Source: Octopus vulgaris
Taxonomy: Eukaryota
Length of the DNA stretch: 64,000 bases
Assembly (NCBI GenBank): GCA_951406725.2
Contig: OX597820.1
Span: forward strand, 31,496,001 to 31,560,000
Direction of reading: 5' to 3'
Shown here: piece by piece, positions 27,352-40,457 of the stretch
Layout: every line of letters starts with the position of its first letter
How positions within the stretch are numbered: the first letter of the stretch is position 1
The notes under the pieces: generated by a model
The model's database searches: none
Seen by the model: the letters and a program-made list of their open reading frames with translations, nothing else
Told to the model about the DNA's origin: nothing
Made by a program: the position numbers and the translations under genes

Positions 27352-28022
27352 CTTTATCTTATAAAAAATGGACACCTTAAATAATCGTTTTTTTTTTCTG
27401 TACGCACAAGGCCTGGAATTTGGAGGTAGAGGATAATCGATTGCATCGACTCCACTACACAACTGGTACTTATTTTCATCAACCCCGAAGGGATGAAAAG
27501 CGAAGTCGACGTCAGTGGAATTCGAACTCAGAACACCGAAAGAAATATCGCTAAGCATTTTGTCCGGCGTGTTAACAATTCTGCCAGCTCACCGCCTTAA
27601 GGACACCCTAAACAATGAAATAAGAGATTTAATGAGCTTCGATCATAGGTCTGATTGATCGAATGTGGCCTAGGGTTAAACAACAGCAAAAGCTACAACT
27701 ATAACATAGGAAGGAATTTCTACGTGGTTACCCAGTCTGCTAAAGTAGCAACCAAATCTCTCAAATTAGGCCCGACACGCTTAGTTATAAATAGAATGAG
27801 AGTGGTAACAGTCATAGAACTAAAATAAATATATAACTAAATAAATAATCAATTTATTGATAAAGGGTAGTTGGTCGTGGCTGGAATATCTTTGGTCGTG
27901 GTTTTATTTATTCACAGTTGACCTGGGGCTAAATAAATAAAAACATTTAAACATTTTTCGTAGGGCCTGTTGATGGGAAAGGGATATACGTATGTATTAT
28001 ATCTATCTATATACGTATACAT

Positions 28023-28120
<98 letters not shown>

Positions 28121-30475
28121 GGATGGATGGATGGATGGATAGATAGATAGATAGATGATATATAGAGAGGGAGAAAGAGAAAGAGGGGGCATAAACGAAC
28201 TTAAGCTAAAAATTTGATTGTTACATATTTCAACTTCTAAACGCAGTTCATTGCAGTAAACTGTGGAGAAAAAATTATTTCTTATGGCAAAAAAAGGTGT
28301 AAAAACACAATGGGGGCGTAGGGAGATTCCGTTCCGATTAACTACCGAAACTGCGGTTTCTCTAAAACTTAGAGAAGTCATGAATAGTTTGTAACGCTGA
28401 AATATATTCAGGTCCTTTCGCAAATGATCGGAAAGGATCCCGAACAGAAACCAAGTGAACCAGTCACTTCTACAACATGTACTTCATCCCGAAAGGATGA
28501 AAACAAATCTGACCTCACCGGGAGTTGAATTTAGGGTGAAAGTAAAGAATACGCACACCCGGTATTTAGGGTTAGGTTTAAGGTTTTTGTTACGCCGAAA
28601 ACGGGTGGTGTACGTATTTTTTTACCTCCGCCGAATTTAGAACGTAAAAAGACCGAACTAAATATTGAAAGACATTTTGTCCGACATTCTACCGATGCTA
28701 CCAAAATTCACTGTCCTATTATAATAATAATTCGGGGCCTGGAATTTGAAGGAGGGTGGATAGGATAGTCGATTATATCGACCCCAGTATTAGACAGTTG
28801 ATTTATTTTATGGACTCCGAAAGGATAAAAGGCAAAATTAACTCTGGCGGAATTTGAACTCAGAATGTGGCAATGTATTTTGATCAACGTTCTAACCATC
28901 CGGAACCGCAAAGTATTTTTTTTTTCCACGGCTCAAAATAATAGAGCTTATCCCTAATTTTGTTACAAGGCTAGTTTTGAGGACAATAGGGCTTAGCAGA
29001 TTACATTGACCCCAATATTTGGCTGGTACTTTCGTTTATTGACTCCGAAAGAATGGAAGTAAAAATTGACTGCAGTGAGATCCGAACTCAAGAGTGTAAA
29101 GTGCTGGAACAAATATCGCAAGGTATTTTTTCCGATACCCTAATGATTCTACCAGCTCAACGCCCTAAACGCAACTCATGATATGGTTTCAAATTTTGGT
29201 AATAAGGCCAACAATTTTAGGGAAGGAAGTAAGTCAATCGCATCAATACTAGAACTTCATTGGTACTTATTTTATCGACTTCGAAAATATCAAAGACAAA
29301 GTCGACCTCGGCGGAATTTGTAATCAGAACACAAAGACAGACGAAATGCTGCTAAGCATTTTGCCCGGCGTGCTAACGATTCTGCAAGCTCACCGCCTTA
29401 CACTGCTTTAATAATAAGAGCCAGCGAGGTAACGTTTTGCAGTCATTCAATCTGCTAGAAGTAGCAAGCATATTAAACCTCGAGTCAACCTTACAACCTT
29501 AAAAAAATAGAAAACAAAAAAGAAAAGAATACTTTAAATAATGTCGTCTTGTTTGGAAATAAGGTGGGATAGCCTTGAATGAAACACCTTTCATCGTACA
29601 CGTAAGGATTGATCTGGGGCTAAACACTATAAACATTACTACCATCATCAACTAGTACATTTGTTATCACTAATCTTCCTCGAAACCAGGAAAGATGAAA
29701 GGCAAAGACGACTCAGTATTGATTTCTAACGTTGGCACAATGCCACTACTTTGGCGGGAGGGTATATTCGATTAATATCGATCTTAGTACTTGTCTGGTA
29801 CTTATTTTATCAACCCCCGTAGGATGAAAGGCCACGTTGGAGTTGGCGGGCTTTGAACTCGACATTAACGAATAATAATAATATCTTAAGTTGGCTGAAT
29901 GCAATAAATTTGTCTGGGAGAACTAGTTTTAAATTCCAAACACAAACGGTGTTTAAAAACTGGGAGGGAAAATATGCAACTAGTACTTACTTTATGGCAC
30001 CCACAACCTCCAGCTTAGAACTTCGGGTCAGCATGTCACGGTTTCCCTCTCCAATGAACTTTATAAAAGTGCTTCTTTTGTTATATACATACATGCATAC
30101 ATACATACATACATACATACATACATACATACATACATACATACATACACACACATGCATGCATGCTTACCTACATGCATACACACACATACACATAGAT
30201 GCATGCACGGATACATCCCTCCATACATATATACATACACGTGTACATGCAAACACCGTACATAAATACATACATGCACACTTGCGTTCTATTGTCTCAC
30301 ACACACAAGTACAAGTTTATCGACACGCACCCATGCACGCAAACCCCCACACACGGACACAGACACAATACGCGCACATGCTGATATTACATAATTCAGG
30401 TAACCACAAACCTCAAGAATGAAAGAGCCTTGACACTTTGTTAGTGACTGGCTTGAATTCTATAAAAAAAAATAA

Positions 30476-30695
30476 TAATAATCCCTCGATTATCGCGGCT
30501 GTTACGTTCCAAAACCTCTCGCGATAGGTGAAAATCCGCGAAGTAACAGTGCTGTACTGTGAATTTTTTGAAATCATTTTTATAATTTGTATATATTTAT
30601 TTTATTATAAATGCAAAACAACACCACGGAGGAATCGACGTAAGCTTAAATAATAAACTGCGATAGGTGAACCGCGATATGGCGAAAGATTACTG
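30476..30695. mobile_element. Tigger/pogo-type MITE
   Basis: taatccctcgattatcgcgg / ccgcgatatggcgaaagattactg|ta termini. Confidence 0.7.
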
Positions 30696-31057
30696 TATAC
30701 ATACACACATGCATATAAATACACACATGCATTCGTACACATGTATACATACACAAACTCACATACACGCATACATACATACATACATACATACACATAG
30801 ATACATGGATATGCTTATATACCTGCATATACACACACACATATATATATAAACAGCTATATATACACATATATGCACACACATACCTACATACACGCAC
30901 ATACTTATACATATTTACATACAGACATGCACGCATACATATCTATACATACCTACATACACGCATATACATACCTACACACATACCTACCTATATAGAC
31001 ATACATACATACATACATACATACATACATACATACATACATACATACATACATACA

Positions 31058-31091
<34 letters not shown>

Positions 31092-31559
31092 CATACATAC
31101 AAATACCTACATACACACACGCTATTTTTAGGCTATTCATATCACGTAACCATGGACCTGCTTCTGGAAAGTTCCCGTTCTCTTCTAGGAGTCAGATTTG
31201 GACAAGTATTTTTTAATTTTATTTTATATGAAATATTAACGGTTCTCCAGAGAACAGGCATCCTTTCCGCTCGGCAACCACCGTTTCGTCATGGCAGGTG
31301 AACTCAGAAAGATTAAAGGACAGTAAAAAATACCACATACGTATTTTGTCCAAAACTATAAGAATTTCGTCATCCCTCCAGCCTGGACTGATACCTATCC
31401 CCCCCCCACTTTTTTTTATCAGCCCCGAAAAGACGAATGGAAAAGTAGAACTCAGAACGTAAAGTAATTGGAATAACTATGTCAAGTCACTTTCTCCAAC
31501 AAGCATGCATACATACATATAAACATGCATCCCTACATGGATATATGCATATATCACCA

Positions 31560-31835
31560 TCACCATCACGTGACTGACCAGACCAACAGATGTTGTTAAA
31601 CATCGCTGGTCACAATGCGATCGCATTGTTTTAGCCTTTGAATGATGCCACCCCGCTGGCTAAGCGAGCAGGCCAACAGAAGAAAGAGTGGTGAAAGAGT
31701 ACAACAGCGATCACCACCCCCTGCCGGAGCCTCGTGGAGCTTTTAGGTGTTTTCGCTCAATAAACACTCTGAGAATCGAAACCGTGATCCTACGACCGCG
31801 AGTCCGCTGCCCTAACACCTGGGCCATTGCGCCAT
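31560..31835 (-). mobile_element. tRNA-derived SINE
   Basis: Head ggcgcaatggcccaggtgttagggcagcggactcgcggtcgtaggatcacggtttcgattc on -, (GGTGAT)n-like tail. Confidence 0.65.
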
Positions 31836-33304
31836 ATGCATATATAACCTAATATATACATATGTATTTGTGTACATACGCAGGTACATATGAGCACATA
31901 CATACAGATATATATACATGCATACACACATAAATACATACACACATACCTACTCACATATACATCACGTCTTCATATACACATACATGCACACATACCT
32001 ACGTATACACACACATACATACGCACATACCTATACACACATTTGCATATGCATACAAACATACACATATCAACATATACATTCATACTTATACATAAAC
32101 GTAAGGTTCTCGTGTTTTTTATTGTTACTTGTATTTATTTTTATTAGAGAAAATGAACGAAACAGGAGGTAGCGGCATTGATGCCTTTCCAAAAGACACT
32201 AGCAACGTTGATTAACAAAACGATTAATTAACAAAGGTGAAGCTTACGTTGCTGTCTTCGTGGTGAGGGAGAACACATCGGATGATGTAGTCCTACATAG
32301 ACTATCCGAAACATAAAGCTGGACGGTCACCATTGGAGAGTCTTTGATCATAAGTCTACTCAATCTGAATTTACCTGACGCTAAACAATAATAACTACAA
32401 CAAACGATAAAAGATGTTAAGGTCACGGTTGGAACAGCAGTGATCTCTGAATTTCTGAACGAATGAGAGGGTGCTTCTAGCACAGCCGTAGGACATGCAA
32501 GAAATAACAGCCAAATTTCCCTCGGAATACAAAATACTGTCTTTAATAAGTAAAAAGGACACATTGGATAATCCTAGATAAACGGTGTCTGAAAGGGAAA
32601 AAAATGAATAAAAATACTAGGGATGTTAAGGCTGAGCAGCAGCTAAACAATAATAATAGGGATGCTGTGTCTTAACGTGGTTGCTCCGTTTGCTAGAAAT
32701 ACCAGTCCAATCTCCCTCAAATCGTAGTTTCGACTTAATAAGAGAAAATTAAAGACAGTTTATTCAAGGTAATGTAATTCAGGATATATTACGTTTCAAA
32801 ATTTTGTTTTAAAATTTTCTAGGGACTTCATGCCTGAGACGGAGCAAAACAACATCGTGGAAGGTGTATTGTCTAAACGTGATCGCTCACTCTGTTAGAA
32901 ATAGCAGTCAAATCGCTTTCAGATAACTTTCTATCGCCTTAAAAAAAGATTGTGTAAGATTAAGAGACTATATTCAAAACAGTACAGTCCAGAATACACA
33001 ATGCCTTAATTTTTTCAAAAAATTTTTATCAAAAAAGGGGGCTGATCATAGCTTGAACGTTTTCGTTGTTCATAAAGGCCTACTTGATCCGAACTGACCT
33101 GGGACTAATAATAATAATAATAATAATAATAATAGTGACAGTGATAAATCTAAGGTATAATAATAATGTATTAGTCTGTGAAGGGTTCATAAAAACATTG
33201 GGGACGATACAGGACGATACGGAGTGGGGTTACATAAGGGAGCGTATAAAAAGAAGAAAAAAAATAATCAACTATAGAAATGAATATTTTAGCTGGGCAC
33301 TCAC

Positions 33305-34393
33305 CTTTTCTCTTTTACTAACTAACGTTGCCTGCTGTTTCTTCGTTTCTTTTTCTTTCTACCTGAAGCTTATTAATAGATTTATCATAATTCCAGCCAT
33401 GTGTCCGTCCAACTCGGTAACTGGGTGTGATTTGGTTATGGTGGTGATGGTGGTGGTAGTGACGGCGGCAGAGGTGATTGTAGTAGTGGCTGTGGTGGTG
33501 GTGGTGGTGGTGGTGATGGTAGGAGTAGTAGCAGTATTGTTGAATAGAAAAATGTGGTAGTGGTGGTGGTAGTGGTCGTGATGGCAGTCGTTGTATTAGT
33601 GTAGAATAGTAGTACTAGTAGTGGTGATGGTGACGGTGTGATTCGGTTATAGTGGTGTTGGTGGTGGCAGTGGCGGCGGCGGTGGTGGTGGTGGTGGTGG
33701 TAGTATTGGTAGTAGTAGTAGTAGTGTTGAATAGGTGTAGTGGTGATTGATGATGGTGGTTGTGGTTGTGGTACAATATAGTATAGAAGTACCACCTGTA
33801 GTTTTTGGTAGTGTTGGTGATGATGATGGCAATAGTGTAGAAACCTATAACACTAGTAGTGGCGGTGACGGTGGCAGTGTTGCTGTGGAATAGTAGAACT
33901 ACTAGTAGTCGTGTTGCTGTTGTTGTTGTTGTTGTTGGTGGTGGTGGTGTTAGTGTACAATAATAAGTACTAGGAGTGGTAGTTGTAGTGATAGCAATTA
34001 GTGACGGTCGTAGTGATGATAGTAGTAGTAGTAGTAGTAGTAACGGTGACGCGGCGGCGGTGGAATCGATGAAAGCAATGTTCAGAGAGAGAGAGAGAGC
34101 GGGGTGGAGGAGGTGGAGGTGGAGAACAAGCTGCTTTAGCATCCGATGATCTTCATTACTTTATTATGATTATTGCGATAAGGATTACGAATGATGATGA
34201 TGACGATGGCGACGGCAATAATGATGATGGCTATGATGACGATGGTGATAATGATGGTGACGATGGTGATGATGATGATGATGATGATGATAGCAGGCTA
34301 TACTGGTGACAGCGATGGTAATGATTAGGTGGTGGAGTGAAGAGAAAGAAGCGGGGGAGGAGGAGGAGAAGGAGGAGGAGAAGACGGAAAGAA

Positions 34394-34429
<36 letters not shown>

Positions 34430-34536
34430 AGCAGGCTATACTGGTGATAGCGATGGTGATGATTAGGGGGTGGGGTGAAGAGAAAGAAGCGGAGGAGGAG
34501 GAGGAGGAGGAGGAGGAGGAGAAGACGGAAAGATGA

Positions 34537-34568
<32 letters not shown>

Positions 34569-34700
34569 GGCTATACTGGTGATAGCGATAGTAATGATTA
34601 GGTGGTGGGGTGAAGAGAAGGAAGCGGGGGAGGAGGAGGAGAAGACGGAAAGAAGAAGATGATGATGATGAAGATGGTGGTGGAAACAACTATATCGGTT
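33305..34700 (-). other. Putative non-coding upstream exon of the minus-strand gene (low-complexity 5' UTR; upper boundary uncertain)
   Basis: Consensus donor AAG|GTGAGT at 33304; all three frames have stops shortly upstream; TE-free, trinucleotide-rich, CpG-retaining. Confidence 0.4.
34265..34675. repeat. Three tandem copies of a ~135-145-bp compound unit
   Basis: (gat)n-agcaggctatactggtga.agcgat.gt.atgattagg.ggtgg.gtgaagagaa...(gga)n-gaagacggaaaga occurs three times. Confidence 0.9.
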
Positions 34701-35019
34701 GAGATGTCCTTTTTGCTTTTTCTCTTCTCATTTTAGAAGACCAAACCTCCCCCACACACACACACAACACACACGCTCTCACACACACGCCCACACTCAC
34801 GCACACCACCCGCTCGCTTTTTACCAGCAACACACACACATGCACACACATAGAGACATATGCATATACACTGAGGAAGCAAAAATAGGTGTTACACATC
34901 TACTACTTACACACACACACACACACACACAAACAGAATAGTATGACGTTTGTCCTTCATGTCTCTGAAGATGACCAGTTTAGCAGCTTTACTTTTTGTG
35001 GGTCCCAAGGTGGTTTATT

Positions 35020-35422
35020 AGGCCGCGGCAGCACCAAATTAGCCATGAAAGCGATGCACGTACTCAGGGCATAAAGGGAAATGATGGTGGAGGGGACACC
35101 AGAAGAATAGTAAATGGTCTACGGCACAAATAAAATTACTTTAAACTTGCTGATCGTAAATATAATTTTGAAGTGTTCATATTGTCATAGTGAGGATCTG
35201 ATCAAAAACTTTGTTATTAAAAAAAAGCAGGAGAAACCTTTCAAATATAAATAAGGTGGAAATATGCAAAAATAAATATTATTTTCCATCTTACTGTTAG
35301 CTTTGCTTCATTTTGAAAAATAATTTATTTTATGGTTTATTATTGTTTATATTTTGAATTATAAATAGGGCCACCAAAATCTTTGATGTGCTTAGGGCCT
35401 TTATGGGTCTTAATCCGGCCCT
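35020..35422. mobile_element. hAT-type MITE; inverted partial copy at 35665-35780
   Basis: Ends ggtcttaatccggccctg; body homologous to 9062-9710. Confidence 0.65.
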
Positions 35423-35424
35423 GG

Positions 35425-35655
35425 GTCCTTGGAGAGCTGCACGGAAAGCAAGAGACCCACTGAGTCTTGATTCTGCTATTACGAGCCTCCACCGAAACCG
35501 AAGGTTTTATGACAATATTGTGGAGAAAGTAAAACGATACACAAACATATTAAGAGCAATCACAGACACTGCATTTGGCCAAGAGAACAAAACAGCAATA
35601 AAGGAATACAAACAAAATATTAGTTCCATCATTGGATTATATTAATCCTACTATC
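35425..35655 (+). mobile_element. I/Jockey-group LINE RT remnant
   Basis: NIVEKVKRYTNILRAITDTAFGQENKTAIKEYKQNISSII resembles the K...R.NILKAL....WG....L...YK..IRS motif. Confidence 0.45.
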
Positions 35656-35828
35656 TCTACACCTAAGACCGGACTAAGACCCATAGAGGCCCTAAGTACT
35701 TAAAAAGATTTTGGTGCCCCCATAAATATGTATTAATAATTCAAAACATAAACAATAATAAACAATAAAATATTTCATTTTTTGGATTTGGTTTGCAAGA
35801 TTCTTTATATGAGTTTGTGTGTTGAAGC

Positions 35829-36082
35829 ATATTCTGCTGTGTCTGGGGAGAGTCATTTTCTTTTTGTGCCTTATAATGTAACACACTCACCAGTAAAATT
35901 TCCACTAATTTCTTATTTTTATTTTCCTAAAATTTTCGTTGCATCTTGCAACCTTTTCAATAGTCTTGACTCTGTCCATATTAGGAAAATAAAAATAAGA
36001 AATAAGTGGAAATTTTACCGGTGAGTGTGTTACATTATAAGGCACCAAAAGAAACTAACTCTCCCCAGACACAACAGAACAA
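35829..36082. mobile_element. Palindromic MITE with ~100-bp arms
   Basis: ctgtgtctggggagag...ccttataatgtaacacactcacc.gtaaaatttccact mirrored at 36004-36078. Confidence 0.85.
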
Positions 36083-36819
36083 TAAAATAATTTTCTATTT
36101 TTCAAACCGTTCATTTTGGCTCAGAATGTATAGTGAAAGTGAAAGGGAAATAGGTCATGCATTTTAGTTTATGGTCTCATGATCTTCTTTTTCATTGGTT
36201 GAACTAACAAAAGGTTCCCTAAAATGAACTGATTTGACTAATGAGAACTGGTGTTAAGCTCGGCTGTTGGGGGCACTAACTTTGAGTGTATGCTAGCAGT
36301 ATATTTTATAAAACGTTTTAAAACTAAAAAAAGAAAAGAAATCATAAAATTGTGATGAGGGCGAACCAAATTTTGTAATGGGCCAACTCAGTTTATTTAA
36401 ATGGCTCAATATTACAATGACGCATTAAAAGTGACATCAAAGCTAGAATGCCCTACATAGGGAAAAATCTCTCAGGTATTCATAAAAGCAAAATTAGATG
36501 GCAAAAACTTAAATAATATAATCTCTCTTTGACGTTCATTTCACTGCTGTTAGGATTAACTGAAACCATATAAATAAACATTTTCCTTTAGACCTTAAAA
36601 TACCATAAACTTTTAAAATGTAAATAGTAATAATGTGAATTACAGTTGCTTTAAAACTTTCACTGTTTCCATAACTGATATAAACAGAAAAAGAACTTTT
36701 TAAAACGTACATACAAAGCTCTTCTCTTCTATATAATGGAAACAACCTTTATATTTGGCCCCACAATGCTATTAGTTGTTGAGCTAAGGTTTCCTGTTTA
36801 GATAACATCAAAACAAAAG

Positions 36820-37207
36820 GCTCTTTTACTTGTTTCAGTAATTTGACTGTGGCCATGCTGGAACACCGCCTTTAGTTGAATGAATCGACCCCAGGACTTA
36901 TTCTTTGTAAGCCTAGTACTTATTCAATTAGTCTCTTTTGCCGAACCGCTAAGTTACGGTGACATAATCACACCAGCATCGGTTGTCAAGCGATGTTGGG
37001 GGTACAAATACAGACACACAACATATACACACACACATACATATATACGACGGGCTTCTTTCAGTTTCCGTCTACCAAATCCACTCACAAGGCTTTGGTC
37101 GGCCCGAGGCTATAGTAGAAGACACTTGCCCAAGGTGCCACACAGTGGGACTGAACCCGGAACCATGTTGTTGGTAAGCAAGCTATTTATCACACAGCCA
37201 CTCCTAC
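36820..37207 (-). mobile_element. Young full-length tRNA-derived SINE
   Basis: Same family as 7275-7670. Confidence 0.85.
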
Positions 37208-37814
37208 GGCTATGTAGGACTTACTGAAAATCACCTGAAGAAAGATTCTAGAAACATATATACACATCCAGACACTCAAAGAGATACCTTGTCACTTCAC
37301 TCTCCAAATATATTGAGTTTAAAGGACGATAACATTGAAATTTTAAAATCAATTGTCCTCTAAGAGAACATACATTCTCCTTCAAGAACTGTTTCAGAAA
37401 GTGCAAAATGTCTCCTTGAGAATCATACCATCCTATTACAACCTTTTGCAATTTTGAATGAAAGATGAGAACTGTTGAGCTCCTATAAACACATCTATCA
37501 TTATTTATTGCAGGTTTTCCAGCTACCAACTGGTTAAAATAGCTTATTTCATATGTAATGGGGAAGAGTTTTGTTTCAAAAAACTTCAGTTACTAATAAA
37601 ATACACATGCTCTATTTTACGTATTGAGTACTATTTTTCTCACCTGTTAACACTAAACACAAATATGCACTTGCATACACACATGCGTGTGTGCACCACA
37701 CACACAGATGGTCACTTCAAAGTGAAACAATTAGAAGAATTTCAAGTGAGATTTTTTTTAGCTAAATGTAAGCCCCCACCCTCTTCTAGAATTTATTTTT
37801 TGACAGGGTACTGC

Positions 37815-38305
37815 AGTCTGATGGTCTTTAAGAAAATTGGGAACAAATGAGCAATGCAAGCCATGCACAGAGATACAGTCAGCAAAATGGGTGTTGGCAC
37901 AGAGTTCAGTTAAGAATTTAGCGTTCTGGTCGGGGTTCATCAAAGCTTAGTTCAAGCCATAACAAAAGAGTTTAAGACTGTTAGTGAGAATACCTATATA
38001 CTGATGACCTAGTCCTTACAGCAGGGTCTGAACAATAAGAAATTCCAGATGTGGTGACAAAATCTCAAGCCAAGAAGCTTCAGAACAAACTTGGTGAATA
38101 CTTAAATTTTAATAAATGGGATAGAAAATAGGGTCCTGACATCATCGCAGAAATGGAATATTCCATATGCAGAAAATGAATAGGTAGAAAGTCCTTAATG
38201 TGTACTCAGCATGAACTATGGATGTACAAAGGTGTAGTGGAATCACAGATAGGCTGACAGCGAAGAAAAACTTCATATGTAGAAGATATACAAGAGTAAT
38301 TAGCA
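37815..38305 (+). mobile_element. Degraded RTE ORF2 internal fragment
   Basis: QAMHRDTVSKMGVGTEFS*EFSVLVGVHQS (cf. GVHQGSVLSP) and QRCSGITDRL...FICRR. Confidence 0.6.
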
Positions 38306-38309
38306 GTCA

Positions 38310-39230
38310 TTGCAATATGAAATGTCTAATTTTGTTGAGAAGAAGATTGTGGAAATTCTCCAAAAGACAAATTTTTCTATCCAGGTTGATGATAGCACAA
38401 TTCATAACCAAGCTATCCTTCTGGATATATATCATCTTCTGGATGAAGATGATATAAGGGAAGAAATGTTATTCATTAAAAGTTTGTCTGAAACTACTAT
38501 TGGAGAAGATATATTCAATGAAGTAATGCAGTATTTTAATGATAAAAATATTCCATTGACTAATTTGATAAACATTGCATCAGATGGAGCTGCAGCCATG
38601 ACTGGAAAAGTGAAAGGCTTTGTTTCTGGAATGAAATCAGTTGCTCCTCACATTTTTTTATATACATTGCATTATCCACAGACAGCATTTGGTTGCTAAG
38701 AATATTGGAGGACACATGGAAGAAGCCCTCAACACTGACATACATGCAATTAACTTTGTCAAATCAAACTCAGTGAATAATAGTTTTATGCAATTCTGTG
38801 AAGATGAAAATTTTAAAACCCTATTATTTCTCACAGAAGTAAGATGGTTGTTAAAAGGCCTGAGCCCTGAAAGACTAGTGAATTGGTGGGAATCATTAAT
38901 CAACTTCAGTGTTCAAGAGTCAGATAACTCATTACAACTCCAGCTAAGAAAATTTTGGAAAGACTTTCTGAGTTCAAATCAAAAATATTCTGAGTGATAT
39001 TTTTTAAAACAGTGAGTCTGCTTAACTTAGAGATGCAAGGTAGAAAATTAGATTTGGTCACCTGTTCTCAGAAGATAAAAGGGTATATGGGGAAATAAAA
39101 ATTTTGGAAAGAACAGTTTGAAAAAAAAATTTGGCATCATTTCAAAATTTTAACACCACTGTACCAACATCAGAATGCATTGTTGCATGCATTGCCCATC
39201 TTCAGTCACTGTTCTTTCATCTTTACACAA
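38310..39230 (+). pseudogene. Decayed hAT (Buster/Charlie/SPIN-type) transposase
   Basis: FSIQVDDST...EEMLF...TIGEDIF...ASDGAAAMTGKVKGF, frameshift, HCIIHRQHL...TEVRWL are diagnostic hAT motifs. Confidence 0.9.
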
Positions 39231-39333
39231 TGGCAATCAATGAAGAACTAATCCTTACAAACTGATTATGACTCAGACGTTCCACATCCTTGTTTACAAA
39301 CATAAACTTCCATTTCCATACAATTGTTTATCC

Positions 39334-40286
39334 CCCCCTGACGGAGAAACATCATCTTTCTCAATCAAAGCCGGAATACTGCAGGGAGACACACTCGCCC
39401 CATTTCTTTTCATCATTGTTGTTGATTATGTGCTACGTATGTCAGTTGATACCATCTCTGGCAAGGGCTTTGAAATAAAACCAAGAAGAAGCTCCAGACA
39501 CCCAGCTGAGTACTTGACAGACACTGACTTTGCTCACGACATCGCTCTTATCAGTGATTCTCTCTCCAATGCCCAATCTCTTTTACAATCTCTTGAACAA
39601 GCCTCAAATTGTGTAGGTCTTTACCTCAATGAGGCCAAAACTGAATACATAAACAAGTGCCTGTTCAACAGTGATTGCATCATCCATACTCTCAACAATG
39701 CGCCTTTAAATATGGTTTCTGATTATAAATATCTTGGGTCATACATATCATCATCTGGAAAAGACTTTCTAACTAGAAAGGGTATGGCCTGGTCAGCCTG
39801 TAATGACATGCATAAGATCTGGTCATCAAATCTAAGTAGAGACTTCAAACTTGAAATATTCAAAGCCACAGTCGAACCAATTCTACTATATGGCTCAGAA
39901 ACCTGGACGTTATCAAAGAAGCTTGAGAGGCGGTTGGATGGAACCTACACTTGCCTCCTTATGAGAGCTCAAAATCTCTCGTGGAAGCGCCATCCAACCA
40001 AAATGCAAATATATGGGAAACTAGCACCTGTGTCATCTCTTGTGAAAGGTAGGAGAGTCCAGTTTGCTGGACATTGTTGTAGAGCTGAAAAAGAAGTAAT
40101 TTCTACTCTTCTCCTCTGGAAGCCATCTACTCGCAATACCAGAGGGCGCACACTCTCCTACCCTGATGTAATCTCCAGGGATACAGGCATCCAGCAACAG
40201 GACCTCCGTAATGCCATGATGGACCGTGAAGTCTGGCGTAGCATGGTAAATTCATTGTCTTGACCACGGTCGAACAATGGTGATGA
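39334..40286 (+). mobile_element. 5'-truncated RTE-clade LINE with open RT C-terminal frame and 9-bp TSD
   Basis: GILQGDTLAPFLF...DFAHDIAL...YKYLGS...LLYGSETW...FAGHC; TSD tgtttatcc at 39325-39333 and 40287-40295. Confidence 0.9.
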
Positions 40287-40457
40287 TGTTTATCCAAATT
40301 AATTTCAACTGAAACAAAATTAAATCTTCATCTGTTACAAGGGTATGCAAAGGTTAACGAGAAATGAAGCATGATCTGCGCTGTTTGTTCAGTATTAGTG
40401 TGCAGGGTGATGTAGTACAGGTTAGCTGAGAGACAATCGGGTTTAAGAGGAATCAAA

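Noticed and set aside
33436-34689. Poly-Pro/Ser/His/Thr coding exon
   Set aside because: No ATG-initiated frame stays open to the strong donor at 33305; ORFs are trinucleotide artefacts
37130-37207. tRNA genes at SINE heads (also ~31770-31835 and 59381-59450)
   Set aside because: A/B-box-like motifs run directly into SINE bodies; no complete cloverleaf or terminator
38310-38997. Domesticated ZBED/SCAND3-like gene
   Set aside because: Frameshifts, stops and truncation indicate a dead hAT copy
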